In this document: positions 1 to 12,600 of the stretch, piece by piece
Layout of the letters: the number at the start of each line of letters is the position of its first letter
How positions within the stretch are numbered: the first letter of the stretch is position 1
From: Phoronis australis
Lineage: Eukaryota; Animalia; Phoronida
Assembly (NCBI GenBank): GCA_002633005.1
Contig: NMRA01000040.1
Coordinates: forward strand, 451,362 to 515,361
DNA: 64,000 nt
Direction of reading: 5' to 3'
Notes under the pieces: model-generated
Told to the model about the DNA's origin: nothing
Databases searched by the model: none
Seen by the model: the letters and a program-made list of their open reading frames with translations, nothing else
Program-made: the position numbers and the translations under genes

Positions 1-63
1 GAAACTATTAGATGTACCTTATTCTGCAAGTGTAAACTTCCAATTTGGTTGACATGAATTCGT

Positions 64-115
64 ATCAGGTTGATGACAAATGATCATCAGGTTGATGACA
101 AATGATCATGAGGTT
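64..115. repeat. 22-bp tandem repeat, ~2.3 copies
   Basis: ATCAGGTTGATGACAAATGATC repeated directly. Confidence 0.8.
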
Positions 116-506
116 AGTTAAAGAAACCTTCCCTCGTGATGGAGAATGAAGGGGAATCAAAAAAGTTTGTAAGGTGGCATTCTGCAATGAGAATTTTACA
201 GCCATAATAGCTATTTCCTGTCCAAGTTTTGTTTGAAGTTAAAAAAGTTAGCTGTCATGACAGGGAAACATTATTTTTTGTCTGATGTCTTTTATCTTGT
301 ACTGTGAATGTCTTGAATGTTTTACTATTATATGTTTGACCACAACTTAGTTACTTTCTTAGATTTTCCTTTGTAGTTTACATGTAGTACTAAATGAAAA
401 AACTTTACACTGTAAGACGGTGTTTCTCGTTAATCGTGTTTCAAATAATTGACATAAAGAGCTTTCCATACTCCACACAGCCACACGGCGGAGCCGATTC
501 ACTCAC

Positions 507-654
507 CTTCTCCGCTCAACTTTGCCTGCAGGACGGCAATCTTTTTGTCCAAGTCAGCGACATCTGACATCTCACGATCTAGCAAAGCCATGTCTGTTTG
601 AATGGACTTGGCAATGGACTCGTCAACCTGCTTACACTCAAGGTCTGACTCCAC
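507..654 (-). CDS. RAD50: RAD50 coding exon 20
   Basis: [49 protein letters not shown] then GTGAGT donor. Confidence 0.9.
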
Positions 655-3600
655 CTACGGTAAAGAATTCAGGACACATTCTAAAAAAATAAACTAAATT
701 GTTTGGATGTTGATGTAGCTACGAAGCAATATATATGGCTATTGCCTTAAATAAAAGAAAGCCATGGATTATAAAAACAAAACAAAACCTTCTTTGCATC
801 TATTTTGACACTACATCTGCCTATTGACAAAACTATAGAAAATTTGCGATATCATTACTCTTACAACTCAAATGCAATTTACGCAAAACGGCCTCAATGT
901 TCAGATAGCATCTCAGTAGCCAATCTCAAGTCCATGCCTTCTAGCCAAATTGCAGCAACTTATTCCTCCTTTGTTTTAAATAACAGTTTAACAAACCGGT
1001 ATGTGAACAAACGATAACACTGCCAACCTCCTCGATGTCATTCCTGAGCTTTTCCATCTGTTGAGACACAACCTTCACTTTATTCTTCAAGTCTGGAATT
1101 TCGTCCTGCAGCTTGCTCATCTGGAGAATACAAGGAGACAGCATTACAAGCAACTTCAAAGGCCCAACGCATCTGCCTTTGACAAGAGGGATGGAAAATG
1201 TGACAGAGAGGGGGAGAGCAAAAGTGAAATGACCCTTCTGTACAAGAAATTACATTAGATCAAAAATTGTAACCAGAAATCACCAATTAACAGATTGACA
1301 ACATTTCAGTAGTTACTATCCTGATCTGTATCGTTCACAAATGCTGTGGTATGAACTTCACATTTGCTAAAAGTTAAATATGGTGAATTGTGTTGGTTTG
1401 AACAAATGTGTTAGTGCAAGAGAATAGGCCACCATCGTATTGTTCGTCTCCTGTAAGGGGCAGTTGTCTGGATGTGGTGTACTCTTACGGTAACTTAAAA
1501 AGGGATTCCGGATTGATTAGTCTCTTGCGCAGACACAACAGATCCATTTATAAAACATTGTGATCGACCACAAGTGTCTCACGTCGACTAATCGAAGTTG
1601 TTGTCTGTTCATGTCAGATAGCACGGATCTACTAGAATGCATTTAATTTGATTTTTGACTTTATTATACCAAACTGCCATTAATTGGGTCACGTGACCAT
1701 GTCTTTTTAGCAAAATTTAATGAAAAAGAATAAGGTAGATTCACAGCAAAACAAGGAATACCAATAACATGAACAAATTTTGCTTGATAGAAACCCTCTA
1801 GATCCCTTTAGTGACTAATGAAAATGAAAGGTTTATTCAACTGAATAAAACCAAGAAAAATGTCCAAATGTCCATCAACTCTTACAAAATGGCTCATCAG
1901 ACTAACAGGAAACCTTTAGAAGGATTTTTCTCTCGAAAACGCTGTTAGGAATTGCCATTAAAATGCTCCCCTTTAGTACCGAAGGCCAATCAAAAACTAC
2001 TCAATGCGACCACAGATTGTGTATCAAAGTCAGAGAATAATTCATACGAAATTCATTGCAAAATTTGTGGTGACTTCCACACTCTAAAATAATAACATTT
2101 TTCCTAGATTCAATACTTTCGGTTCACTATTATTCCATCTATTTTGTGAAATCAGTGCATTTGCCATGCTCAGCAGTCAGCACGATCAGGTTTCAAGCAG
2201 TACGTCATCACATTTTCCAAAAATGTTGTCACTGCTTCCATGGCAACTTTGAAATACGTCAACCTTATGGAAAGCACACACACCGTTTCCTTAACAGGCT
2301 TGAGCTGAATCAACCGGTCGTACTTCTTCTGTTGCTCATCCAAGTCTTTTTCAGCCTTGTTAATTTTGGATGGCACCAGGCGAAGCTGATCTTGCAACTG
2401 AAAACGAAACACAGAAATTGTAATATAAAAAATGGGGGGACTCAAATGTTTAATTAAAATTGAGATGATTTTGAGGATCATAATGGGTGTGACAGAAAAA
2501 TAAAGGAGACAGTGTGGCCAGTAGTTTGACCTCCAGACTCCCGTTTGGGAGACACGAGTTCAAATCCTATAGCTTTACTGGCAGACAATCTAGCATTGCA
2601 CAAACTTGTCTCCTACTCCTCTAAGCTCGGTCTTGGTAGTGAATATATGCACAGGAATGAATGAGAACCAGGATGTAATACGTACAGTACAAGGCAAACG
2701 TGACAAAAATGACCCGCAATTCCCCGTCAGGATAGTTGGTAAGATGGCTAAGCCCTTCCTTATACAAGTTATGCAGTTATTTCAGTAATTTTTTTCTTTT
2801 AACAGAATTACTTGTCGTGATGGGAAAATGATATTTTGTCTGATTACTTTTGTCTTATACTGTATCCACCACTTGCACAATTAGTTTTGGTTAATGAATC
2901 GAAAACTTAGAACCAAAAATCCAATTGCATTCTATGGAGACTTGACAATAAAAATGTAAATTTCTCTTAACATTCACAATGAGGAGGCAGTGCGGCCTAG
3001 TGCCTTCTATACTCAAGTTTGTGGGTTCGAGTCCCACTGGGTCACACGGCTAGACCCTTGAGTCAGGTTTCTAGCTCCACAGTACGGTTTTAACTCATAT
3101 ATACTAATAAAGCATAAAAATAGTTCCATGTGATCAGTGGAATAGGCCTAAATGGGGGCCTGCGCACGTCTGATACAACGTGTAACAGACCGCCTGCAAT
3201 TATTATTATTTTTTAAATTCACAATGGTCGTGAATTTACATTATGAGAGCATGAATATTGTGGGTTTGTTTTGACACAGAACCTTCCTGAAAATTTATGT
3301 TCAAGTTGGTAGGCCCTGGCGGCAGGCTTCAAATTGTCTAGGAAGTTGATTCGAATCGTGTTAAATAAGATAACCTATCAATGCGGCTGATGTGAATTAG
3401 CAGCAGACGTTATTATGTTGGCCGCATCAGATTGTACAGTATGAAATTTAACAAGATTCGTAAGACTTCATGTGGGTTTTACAATCATAGACAGGAGGGA
3501 GGATGTGCCACTTACACAGTAATTTGCATACGACCTAAATAAAAGTTCACTATTTCATACACATACGTCAATCTGAAAACACACTGAGTCCCCAAAGTTG

Positions 3601-6600
3601 ACAAACCTCCTGAATCAGCTCTTGGACCTCTCGTTCCTCGTCAAACCCTCGATGACAGACGGGACAGGCAGGGTCATGAGTCGACAGGCGACGAATGAAC
3701 TTCTCGTACAGATGCTTGCCCCCCACCATAGCACCACGGTCACTAGAATTTAACCAATGTTACCCGAGATCAGTCATTGTAAATCCATATTAACTAATAT
3801 TGCTCCTCATCCATATCATATGATTTTGTTTATTAAACAATATTAATCATTATTGATCCTTATCTATATTAACAGATGTTCTTCCATATCCATGTTAATA
3901 GATACTGGTTCATATCAATATTAACTTACATGCCACCTTAATACAACTATATAAAGCACCTAATCCATATTGACTAATATCTCTACTTATCCATGTTAAT
4001 TAATATTGATCTGTATATACGCTAAATTATACTGACCTCCATTCATTTCAAGTGATATTGATCCTGATCCATACTAACCAACATTAGCTGATATCACCAT
4101 GGGCTTTTACACTACTGAGATCATTAAACCAAATCAAATATGAATAATTCATACAGATTTTATCCGCCAAACAAATGATCTTCCCATTCCCTTCCCCGAG
4201 ACACCTGGATATCAAGCTAGCTTTGTACCAAGGCTCTCTTTCCTCCAACATTGTCAGTCTGTGGTCATCACACTTGTCCCCTCCCCGAGTCTCCCTGGAT
4301 ATATAACCCAACTTGCACTACGGGTATCTTCTCATAAACTGTCACAAGGGCCAGGTACTGAACATTGCATCCCCCACTCCCTAATCCCTGGGATGCAGTG
4401 CCTGGGCTATCTTCTCATGCATCATGGTCAGTCACTGGTCACTAAATCCCTCTCCTTCCTCCATAATGCTCCTGGATCCCTGCACCTTGGCATTCTTCTC
4501 CTTCACCGGGGTCAGTTCCAATTCATTACATCTCTCACCCCCACTTATCCACCTACTCTTGCATATGGGCTATCTTTTCCTGCACTGTAGCCAGCTCCTG
4601 GTGACCACACCCCCTTATCTCCCCCCATCACTCTAGCCAGCTCCTGGTCAACACATCCCCCTTCTCTCNCCCTTCTCTCCCCCCATCACTATAGCCAGCT
4701 CCTGTTCACCACACCCCCTCCCCTATCTCTAAGCCACCCGGATACCTACTCTTGCACCTGGCCAATCTTCTCCTGCACCGTGGCCAGGCCCTGGTCAATG
4801 TCCTGTCCCCCACACACCTGGAACACCTCTTCTTCGTAACGCTTCAGTTCATCTTCCTTTTGCTTCAGTTGCTCTCTGAAACATAAATAATTATTCAGTT
4901 AATGCTGTTAGTGCCACCACCTACTTCACACAACTTTAAAACTTATCAAGGTTAGATCAAAACAGCAAAGTTGGTTCCGGTCTTTAACTCGACTCATTTT
5001 GAGACCTGCGCTCACCAAATAAAAAATGTCGTCCTGCATCAATATCTGCCAAGATCTCCATTTTTTGAAAAGCAAGGGTAAGCAGGATTTGAAATGCCAT
5101 AATTTGCCAAACCATAAGCAACTAAAAAATACCGCAACACTGACTCGATTTTCACAGACCAGAATCAAGTATGCATTTCCAAGTCCTTGTTTGTCAACAA
5201 CTGATTATTTATAGTACCTGTAAACTTCACTTGAATTTGGGCATAAAGTACAACACCGTACAAACTGTGTCTCGGACATAACAAAAGTCTAGGGTTCAGG
5301 GTCTAAAATTATTTTTGTCATTTTTCATTCTACTTTTGTGCAATTTCAAGATAAGTGTTTATTGTTCTGTACTTGAGTACGTAACGGCTTACATGCATAC
5401 CTGCTTAATCCCAGTTTGTACTTAATGATCCCAGCATTAAGGTTAAAAATTGAATCTGAGCCTGAAATTTCGAGTTTCTACTCGAAATCTAGGGTTTTAG
5501 TTTTTACTTGAGTTTGTAGTTCAGATCCCAGGGTCATCAACTACAAACTTGGACTAGAATCTCGCTTGCATAAACCATAATGCACTTGAGCCTAGAAAGA
5601 TAACATTTATCTTGCATTCGTAAAAATGGAAAATGACAAAAATAATTTCGAGTTTGATCTTGAGTAAAAAGATAAGACCCTGGCCCTAGATCTCACCTTA
5701 TCACTCATCCTCATGTTTCTGGTAAACGTGACGCGTCATAAGCGTAATGTTACCTTGTGGACATAAACGCAGTAAAATAACACTAGCGTGCACATCGTCA
5801 GGGCCTTAGTCATCTTTATAGAGATAAGAAACCAAGTGAAATGTCTCATAAATGCTGGGAAAGGCTATTGCTCTTGCAGCGGCAACTGTACCTCAAGTTC
5901 TTTCTGTTGTTCTCTTTATTGGACAGTTCCATGCGCATAGAGTTCAGCTTGTCCGTCATTTGCTTAGTTTCTGTCTCTTGCGTCCTGGCAAAACAGCAAA
6001 TGCATGTAATTATATCGTTTGTTATTATAGGTGCAAACATATGACATACAGACGGAATTCATTTACTATAGACATTCGGTGATTTTTTGTATTGCGCGAT
6101 ACAATTCCAAATAGGAAATCTAAATTATGAGAAGCTCCTTTTTATAGTTGATGTCTAGCACTCCTGCAATGGCAAACATAATGACAGAAAAGCAACATTA
6201 TCAAATACTTTCAGCTCCATCAGGTCGGTTTTTGCCAGCACTGATTTGTAAACTTACTGAACATAATCCGTGACAGTGCGAGCGAAGTTGAGCTCTGGCG
6301 TTGTAGAGAACAGCTGTGCTAGGGTGTCAGCATGCTTAGATTTGCTGAAAAAAAGTTAAGGAAATGTGTTAAAATGATGAAGCTTTGGTGGCTACACCAC
6401 AATATGTCTATTAAATACAAGAAGAACCAGGCAAGTAGGTCCCTCATACAACTTGGGGAAAAGATTGGTTGAGGTATGGCGTCAAGGAAGCCATACAAAG
6501 AAGAGTAGGGTAGTCCTCGTTTCGCAAAAGGAGAGCAACTTGGAAGTTTAGAGCTGACGAGGACACAAGACCATGGACTCGCTAATTCCAGACCTGTGTA

Positions 6601-9600
6601 CCACCAAATTTTTGCGTACAGACCAAATTTACCCTAAAATATAGAGAGGTTATGAATTTTTCGCAGTGGGCCTTTCACTAAGAAAAAAAACAACGGGTTT
6701 GCTCAGCTTTTAGACCTTTCGCCGAATTCTCTTTAGTGGACATTTTTGTCTGTTTTTTCGGACTTTTGGTTTCTCTCAGGACCTTTTTGCAAACTTTGCC
6801 AAATGGGGGACTCATTCAAGCTCACCCTGGGTACGCGCATGGGTACTTTTCATACTTACTTGCCTCTGAAACAGTTTCTAAAATACACCACAGTGAATTG
6901 ATCACCAATTTTCAGAATAATTTAAGTTGTTTAGATGAGCGACAACGCGCTTAGTGAAAAGATCCTGTTAATCAATAGAAAATGTCCTTACTGTACTTAG
7001 TTAAGTTAATACATGCCTAATGTACACCTCATTTCTTAACACAAAAACATATCTGCAAAAATGTGTTGATGAATCTACACTGGACAATGTTTTGCACCAG
7101 ATGATATTTTCTCAACCATTCACAAAAGATTTGAATAATTATTCATTGCAAGTGTCTGTGAACATGAACCACCGTACTGCATGCGAAAAGCCCTCAGAAG
7201 CTACTTTCTTCACAGCTCGGAATATGTGACCACTCATGCTTTGCCATTTTGTCAACAGTACGTATTTAGCCATAAATAGCCAGAATTAGACGTAGTAAAC
7301 AATCTACAAATCACAGAAGTTGTTGCTTATAGGTTAGGCCTGTGACACACATACCGATAGAAGAGGCCTCGCGATTTGCCGATTATCAGGCTATTTTGAG
7401 AATGAAACGAAGCAAGTTTTCCGAGTTCGTAGCTCAACTTTTTGGCTAAAATAATCATGATTTTATAACTTTAAAATCTTCTTCCTTGTCCATTTTGACT
7501 ACAAATCGGCATATTTATTGAGAAACAAGTGAACCAATAATCTCTTTTGAATTTGCTGAATTTGCGTATTTTTGCCTGGCCATGCGTACTTGCTTACTGA
7601 AGGCTTGATTTCCGTACGAATCCGCATTTTTCTGCGTATGGTACACAGGTCTGTTAAATTCTACTATGTCTGAAGAAGTCATGAATCAACAGAGAAGTTC
7701 CCGCAGATAAGCTCCAAGTTACTACTGCTTCAATAACGTTATTGAAAAACCTCTCCTGGCTATTAGATAAATGTTATGAAAATGGCAAATCTTTTGAGTC
7801 TATCATCAGGTGTTTGAAGATGCTTGCTACATCTCTACACGTGCTCAAAATTTCCCCAATAAATTGTTTTGTGGCAGCCACACCAAACAATGCTAAAACC
7901 AAAGTAAAATTTTGTAAACGTTACTTTCATTAAGAAATTTGACAAAACAAGTGTTCTTGCCTAGCATATTAAGTCCCAAACTGAGAAATGAATTCATCTA
8001 TCAATGAAAATTCAAAGAGAAAACACCAGAACTTACAGTTTTCTGATCTTGTCATCTTTTGTCACCTTATCCTTCTTCAGAGTGTCCAGCTGAGTTTTGG
8101 TGCTCGATTGTTGGTAAAGGCGGTTGAGCTCATCACTGAAATGGCAGAAGTACTGGCTGATCAGTACGAAATTTGTCACTTGTCAGCTTCACAGGAACAC
8201 ATCTGTCAAATCTCATCAAGATTCTGCAAGTAGTTTATGAGATACAGCAGCAAACGCTGGACGTCCAGATAGAGATGACGGCAATATAGAACAACATTAT
8301 GTATAAGTGGGCACATAAAAATGACCACTAGTTAATGTAAAATAAGTCAAATTTGCTCAAAATGGGAAGGCATTATTGTGTCTTTAATAGAAACCTATTT
8401 GCTCAATTTCATGAAACTCCATCAAGGCACAGATACAAAGGTCAACAAATAAATTGTTACGAGGGGGCACACCAGTAGTCGGATCAGTCTGAAACTCATC
8501 GCCATCTGTTGTCAACTTCATAGGAACACATCTGCCAAATCTCATTAAGATCCTGCGAGAGTTTAGGAGATACAGCAGTGGATACTAGACGCCCAGACAC
8601 AGATGACGGCAATATGCACCCATACATGCACGAGGATGAAAAACATGACAAAATATTTTCGTTCCGAATGCACAACTAAAATTTAGAGGATAAAAAGGAA
8701 TGTAGTGGGAAACATGACTAAAGAAAAATTTCATTTGGAATAACTTGACAAATTATACAGTATTTGAGCTTGAAATTAGAAGTAATGCACCTGGATACAA
8801 AACCTGGCATTGTTTCCAGTAAAAGACCATTATTGAAGACTAGAGCATTCTGGAGACTAAATGGAAACTTGATGATCCGTCATGAGTTTGGCATAATTGT
8901 GTAAATAACTGTCATAAAATTATGTGAAACAGAGCTTAGTCGACTAATTGAGCTATTTTGGTGAAAGCAGGAGATTTCCCTGTGAGACATCTGGCACCTT
9001 AATTCCCTCAGCTTGCTGTCCAATGTAGTCTTCTGTCTCTGCAAGTTTTTCACCTCGGTCTTCAACTCTTCAACATTACAAGTCTGTTCAGCTTCTTTCA
9101 GCTCATGTTCCTAAAAAGGACACTCGAGTCACTGAAGTGTTAATCACACAGATATTCAAAATTTGTTAAACACTGAAATGTGTTGATTTTACTTAAAGTA
9201 AGCATTAGTTGTTTACACTCATGCCACCTGGTTTTAGTATTTTTCATGTGCCATAGAATATATTATGTATATTTGAAAGAAACCATACAGGCAGGAGTCT
9301 AATCTTTTCACTCGAAATCAAAATTTCTTTGTCCATTGTCTATTCTATTTTTGTGCAAACTCAAGATAAGTGTCTGTTATTCTACACTTTACATATTGGC
9401 TTTCATGAATAACCAGCTAATCCTAGTTTGCATTTGATGACCCCAACTGTACTTGAAATTTCAAGTAAAGTTTGAAATTTTGAGTTTTGCTAGAGTTGAT
9501 AGTTTGAATCTAAGGGTCATCTAGTCTGAACTTGGACTAGAAACTCACATGTATGAACTATAATATAATCGAGCACAGAAAATTATCTGGAGTTCGCACA

Positions 9601-12600
9601 AAAGCGAAATTCTAGAAAATGGCAAAAATAATTTGAATTTGAAGTACAAGATTTGATCCAGACCTGGAAAAAATCTTAACTATTGTTAGCGGTATCCATT
9701 ATTTTTGTCTAAATGCCAACCCGGCTTGTTTTTTCAACATTTGCATTTTTGAACACTGACGTAATTAATTGCATGTTTCCGATGAACTTCACTCGACACC
9801 AATCTTCTTGACTTTTGATTTTCTCAAACTAACCACTGCGACAGTAAACACAGATGGATACTGAGTATGATAATAAAATTCTTCACTTTGGGACTGAAAA
9901 ATTGAAATTGTGTTATTAGTATCATTTGTACAGTACAATAATTCTTTTTCGTATTTTTATTTTGCTCTAGCATGATAATTACAAGTCACATAAAACAATA
10001 CAGTATACATCATTTACAAATAACAATCACTAGTCAACAAGCACAGTAAAACAATAACCAAACACCATTAGGTATAACTTTGAGGATTTGTAGCAATGTC
10101 GTGACCCATTGAAAAATGGACAATTATTACAATCACTTTTAACTAAAATCCAAGTTAGAAACATTTTACTAACCGCTCTCAGAAGATCGGCCTTGATCTG
10201 ATCCAAGTTGCCAGCTGAAGCGTCGACACGACTCAGCTCTGCAGTTATTCTGTGCATCTCCTTCTTATTCTTGGTCAAGATGTCTAAGTTCATCTTCTCA
10301 CTCTGTTCCAATCTCGTCTTCTGCTCCCGAACACTATCAAGTTGACGTTGCAGATCACTCTCTTTCGCTTCATATTCCGTCTGAAGGATCAAACTGCTGA
10401 TTGTCAAATCCCCCAGAAACCAACTAAACAACAACTCAAGGTAAAACAATTTACTATGATATTCAATCACTTGAGCATACTGCACACTTAAGAAATCAAT
10501 CATAAAACCCTCACAATAACTACCAAGATATACAAAAATTCTCACATCAATGAAATGAGCCAAAAACAGCCATTGCATGTGGAATTTGAGTTACTCAGTT
10601 ACTCACTATTTTTTACAAATCAAATCATACCTTAATTGCATCCGCCTGCTGAGTTAGATCCTCCATTTTCTTTCGCATCAAATCGCCAAACGCCTTTATC
10701 TCTCCGTCAGTGATTTCTTCTGTGTAATAGCCTGTAGGTGAAGATTCCCACATGGACAGAACCAGGACTGGTAAAACAGCTATAAACCTGTGCTTCATTA
10801 AAGAAACTTAGTTTTGAATGAGACTACCTGCTGCTATCAGATTGGCCACCGCTTGTCCCTTTCCAAGATGAGAAGTGGTTTTAAGACTAGCAAAGAAGAT
10901 TATTGCTCAAGAATATACTTGGCAAACTGAATGAGATACTGTGACAAGTCAACTAGCAGAACCTGATCTCAAACAGTAAGGAACTTTTCGTTTCTTTCAA
11001 GCACAGAAATCAAATCTATTTTGGCTAAGAAATAATCCGAGACCAATTTCACAACAATAAGAGGTCTAAATCCAAATCTGTTTCTGCAGTGACGGAAAAA
11101 GCCGCACTTCCCAACAACCTCGAGTTCGTTGAACTTGAGTAGACGGAATAAATCTTTGTGATCGTCTACCCCAACCAAAAACTCCAATTTTGTATTCAAC
11201 ACATCCTTTCAAACTTTCAGCATTACATGTTTGAAAGAAGGACTCTTGTCATTGAAAGTAAACTTTTAAACGAGACTTCAAAGTTTCCTAACCACGACAG
11301 CATCAGTTTCATAAGTTTCACCGTTAAGTATGGCACAAAGATATGACCTGTAACAAAACTAAACCGGTCTATGATTTTCTAGCATTTTTACTCCAAGATT
11401 TTGCCAGGTAAGTCAGAGGAAGTATTGAGAAATGGAGAATTCCCCACATGTCATGTTTCAAAAATGTTTTCGTTCACATGTCTGATGCAACAACCAAAAC
11501 TACATGCATGCTTAAGAACATGACATTGTGTATAGAGTACCAAATTAATTACTAACTAGTACAAACTTAAGAACTAACTAGCAGCAAACAAAGAACTAAT
11601 AGCAACTAATAAATATTAGCTAGTAGCAAATTTAGTACTAACTAGTTGCAAACTAACTACTAACTAGAAGCCAACTATGTACTAACTAGTAGCAATAGAG
11701 AACAGTAGTCTTTGGTAATAGTTATTAATGACAAGAATGAAGTAAACAGCATCAAATCTACACAAATCAATGAAGCAGTATTATATGAAGCAAACTCAAG
11801 GAATCGCCTTTACACGTAACAGTTCGTAATGTCAAAAGTAAAATGCAAACAGACCTATAACTGTACCTGAAAAGCCATAATCACTGGCGAGCTTTCGAAT
11901 CTTGGCATCTCGTTTCTTGATGTTTTCCTTGTGTCTCTTGAAAGGACAATGAAACAACAGAAATTACAATACAGTATCATAAACTATAAAAAAACGTCAG
12001 GCATCCCTCACATTGGTCAAACCATTCCAAGCTAGATTATTACATGGGTTCCATCTAATAACAGACTGTAAATCATCTGAAGTCACTAGTATCTGGGAAC
12101 GGCACCAAAACAAACTACAACCGTGCGCAACCACTGGTGCTCTGTCTTTTTTGGAAAGAAATCCCAGCAAAAGCCCTCTTTCATGACGCCTTAAACCCAT
12201 TTAAATTTCACTGCATTCTGTGGGGTTATCAAGATCACTGATAGAGAGTGGTGCACGCAAGTCAAATTGCTCCATTGTGCTGAGTAAGCAGGTTACACAA
12301 TAGAAGTTGGGGCATCTCAACAGACAGTAGTTGCAATGCCACTTATGTATCTTTTCTTCTGTTGTACTTAACCGAATTTTTCTGGTTAAACAGTGAGAAA
12401 GTTCAATTTTCAATGAAGATTTAATTTTCACAGTATACAGTGTCTAAAATGACTGGGAAAGAGTGTTGCTACAAACAGGCAGCTGTGATCACTGACAGCC
12501 ACCCGAGTTCCCTAATCCCCGAAGATAACAATCCAGTCATAGAAGTCCAGGCACTGTTGCATGTGCCTATTGCAATCAAAACCCATAAGAAGCATTTCAT

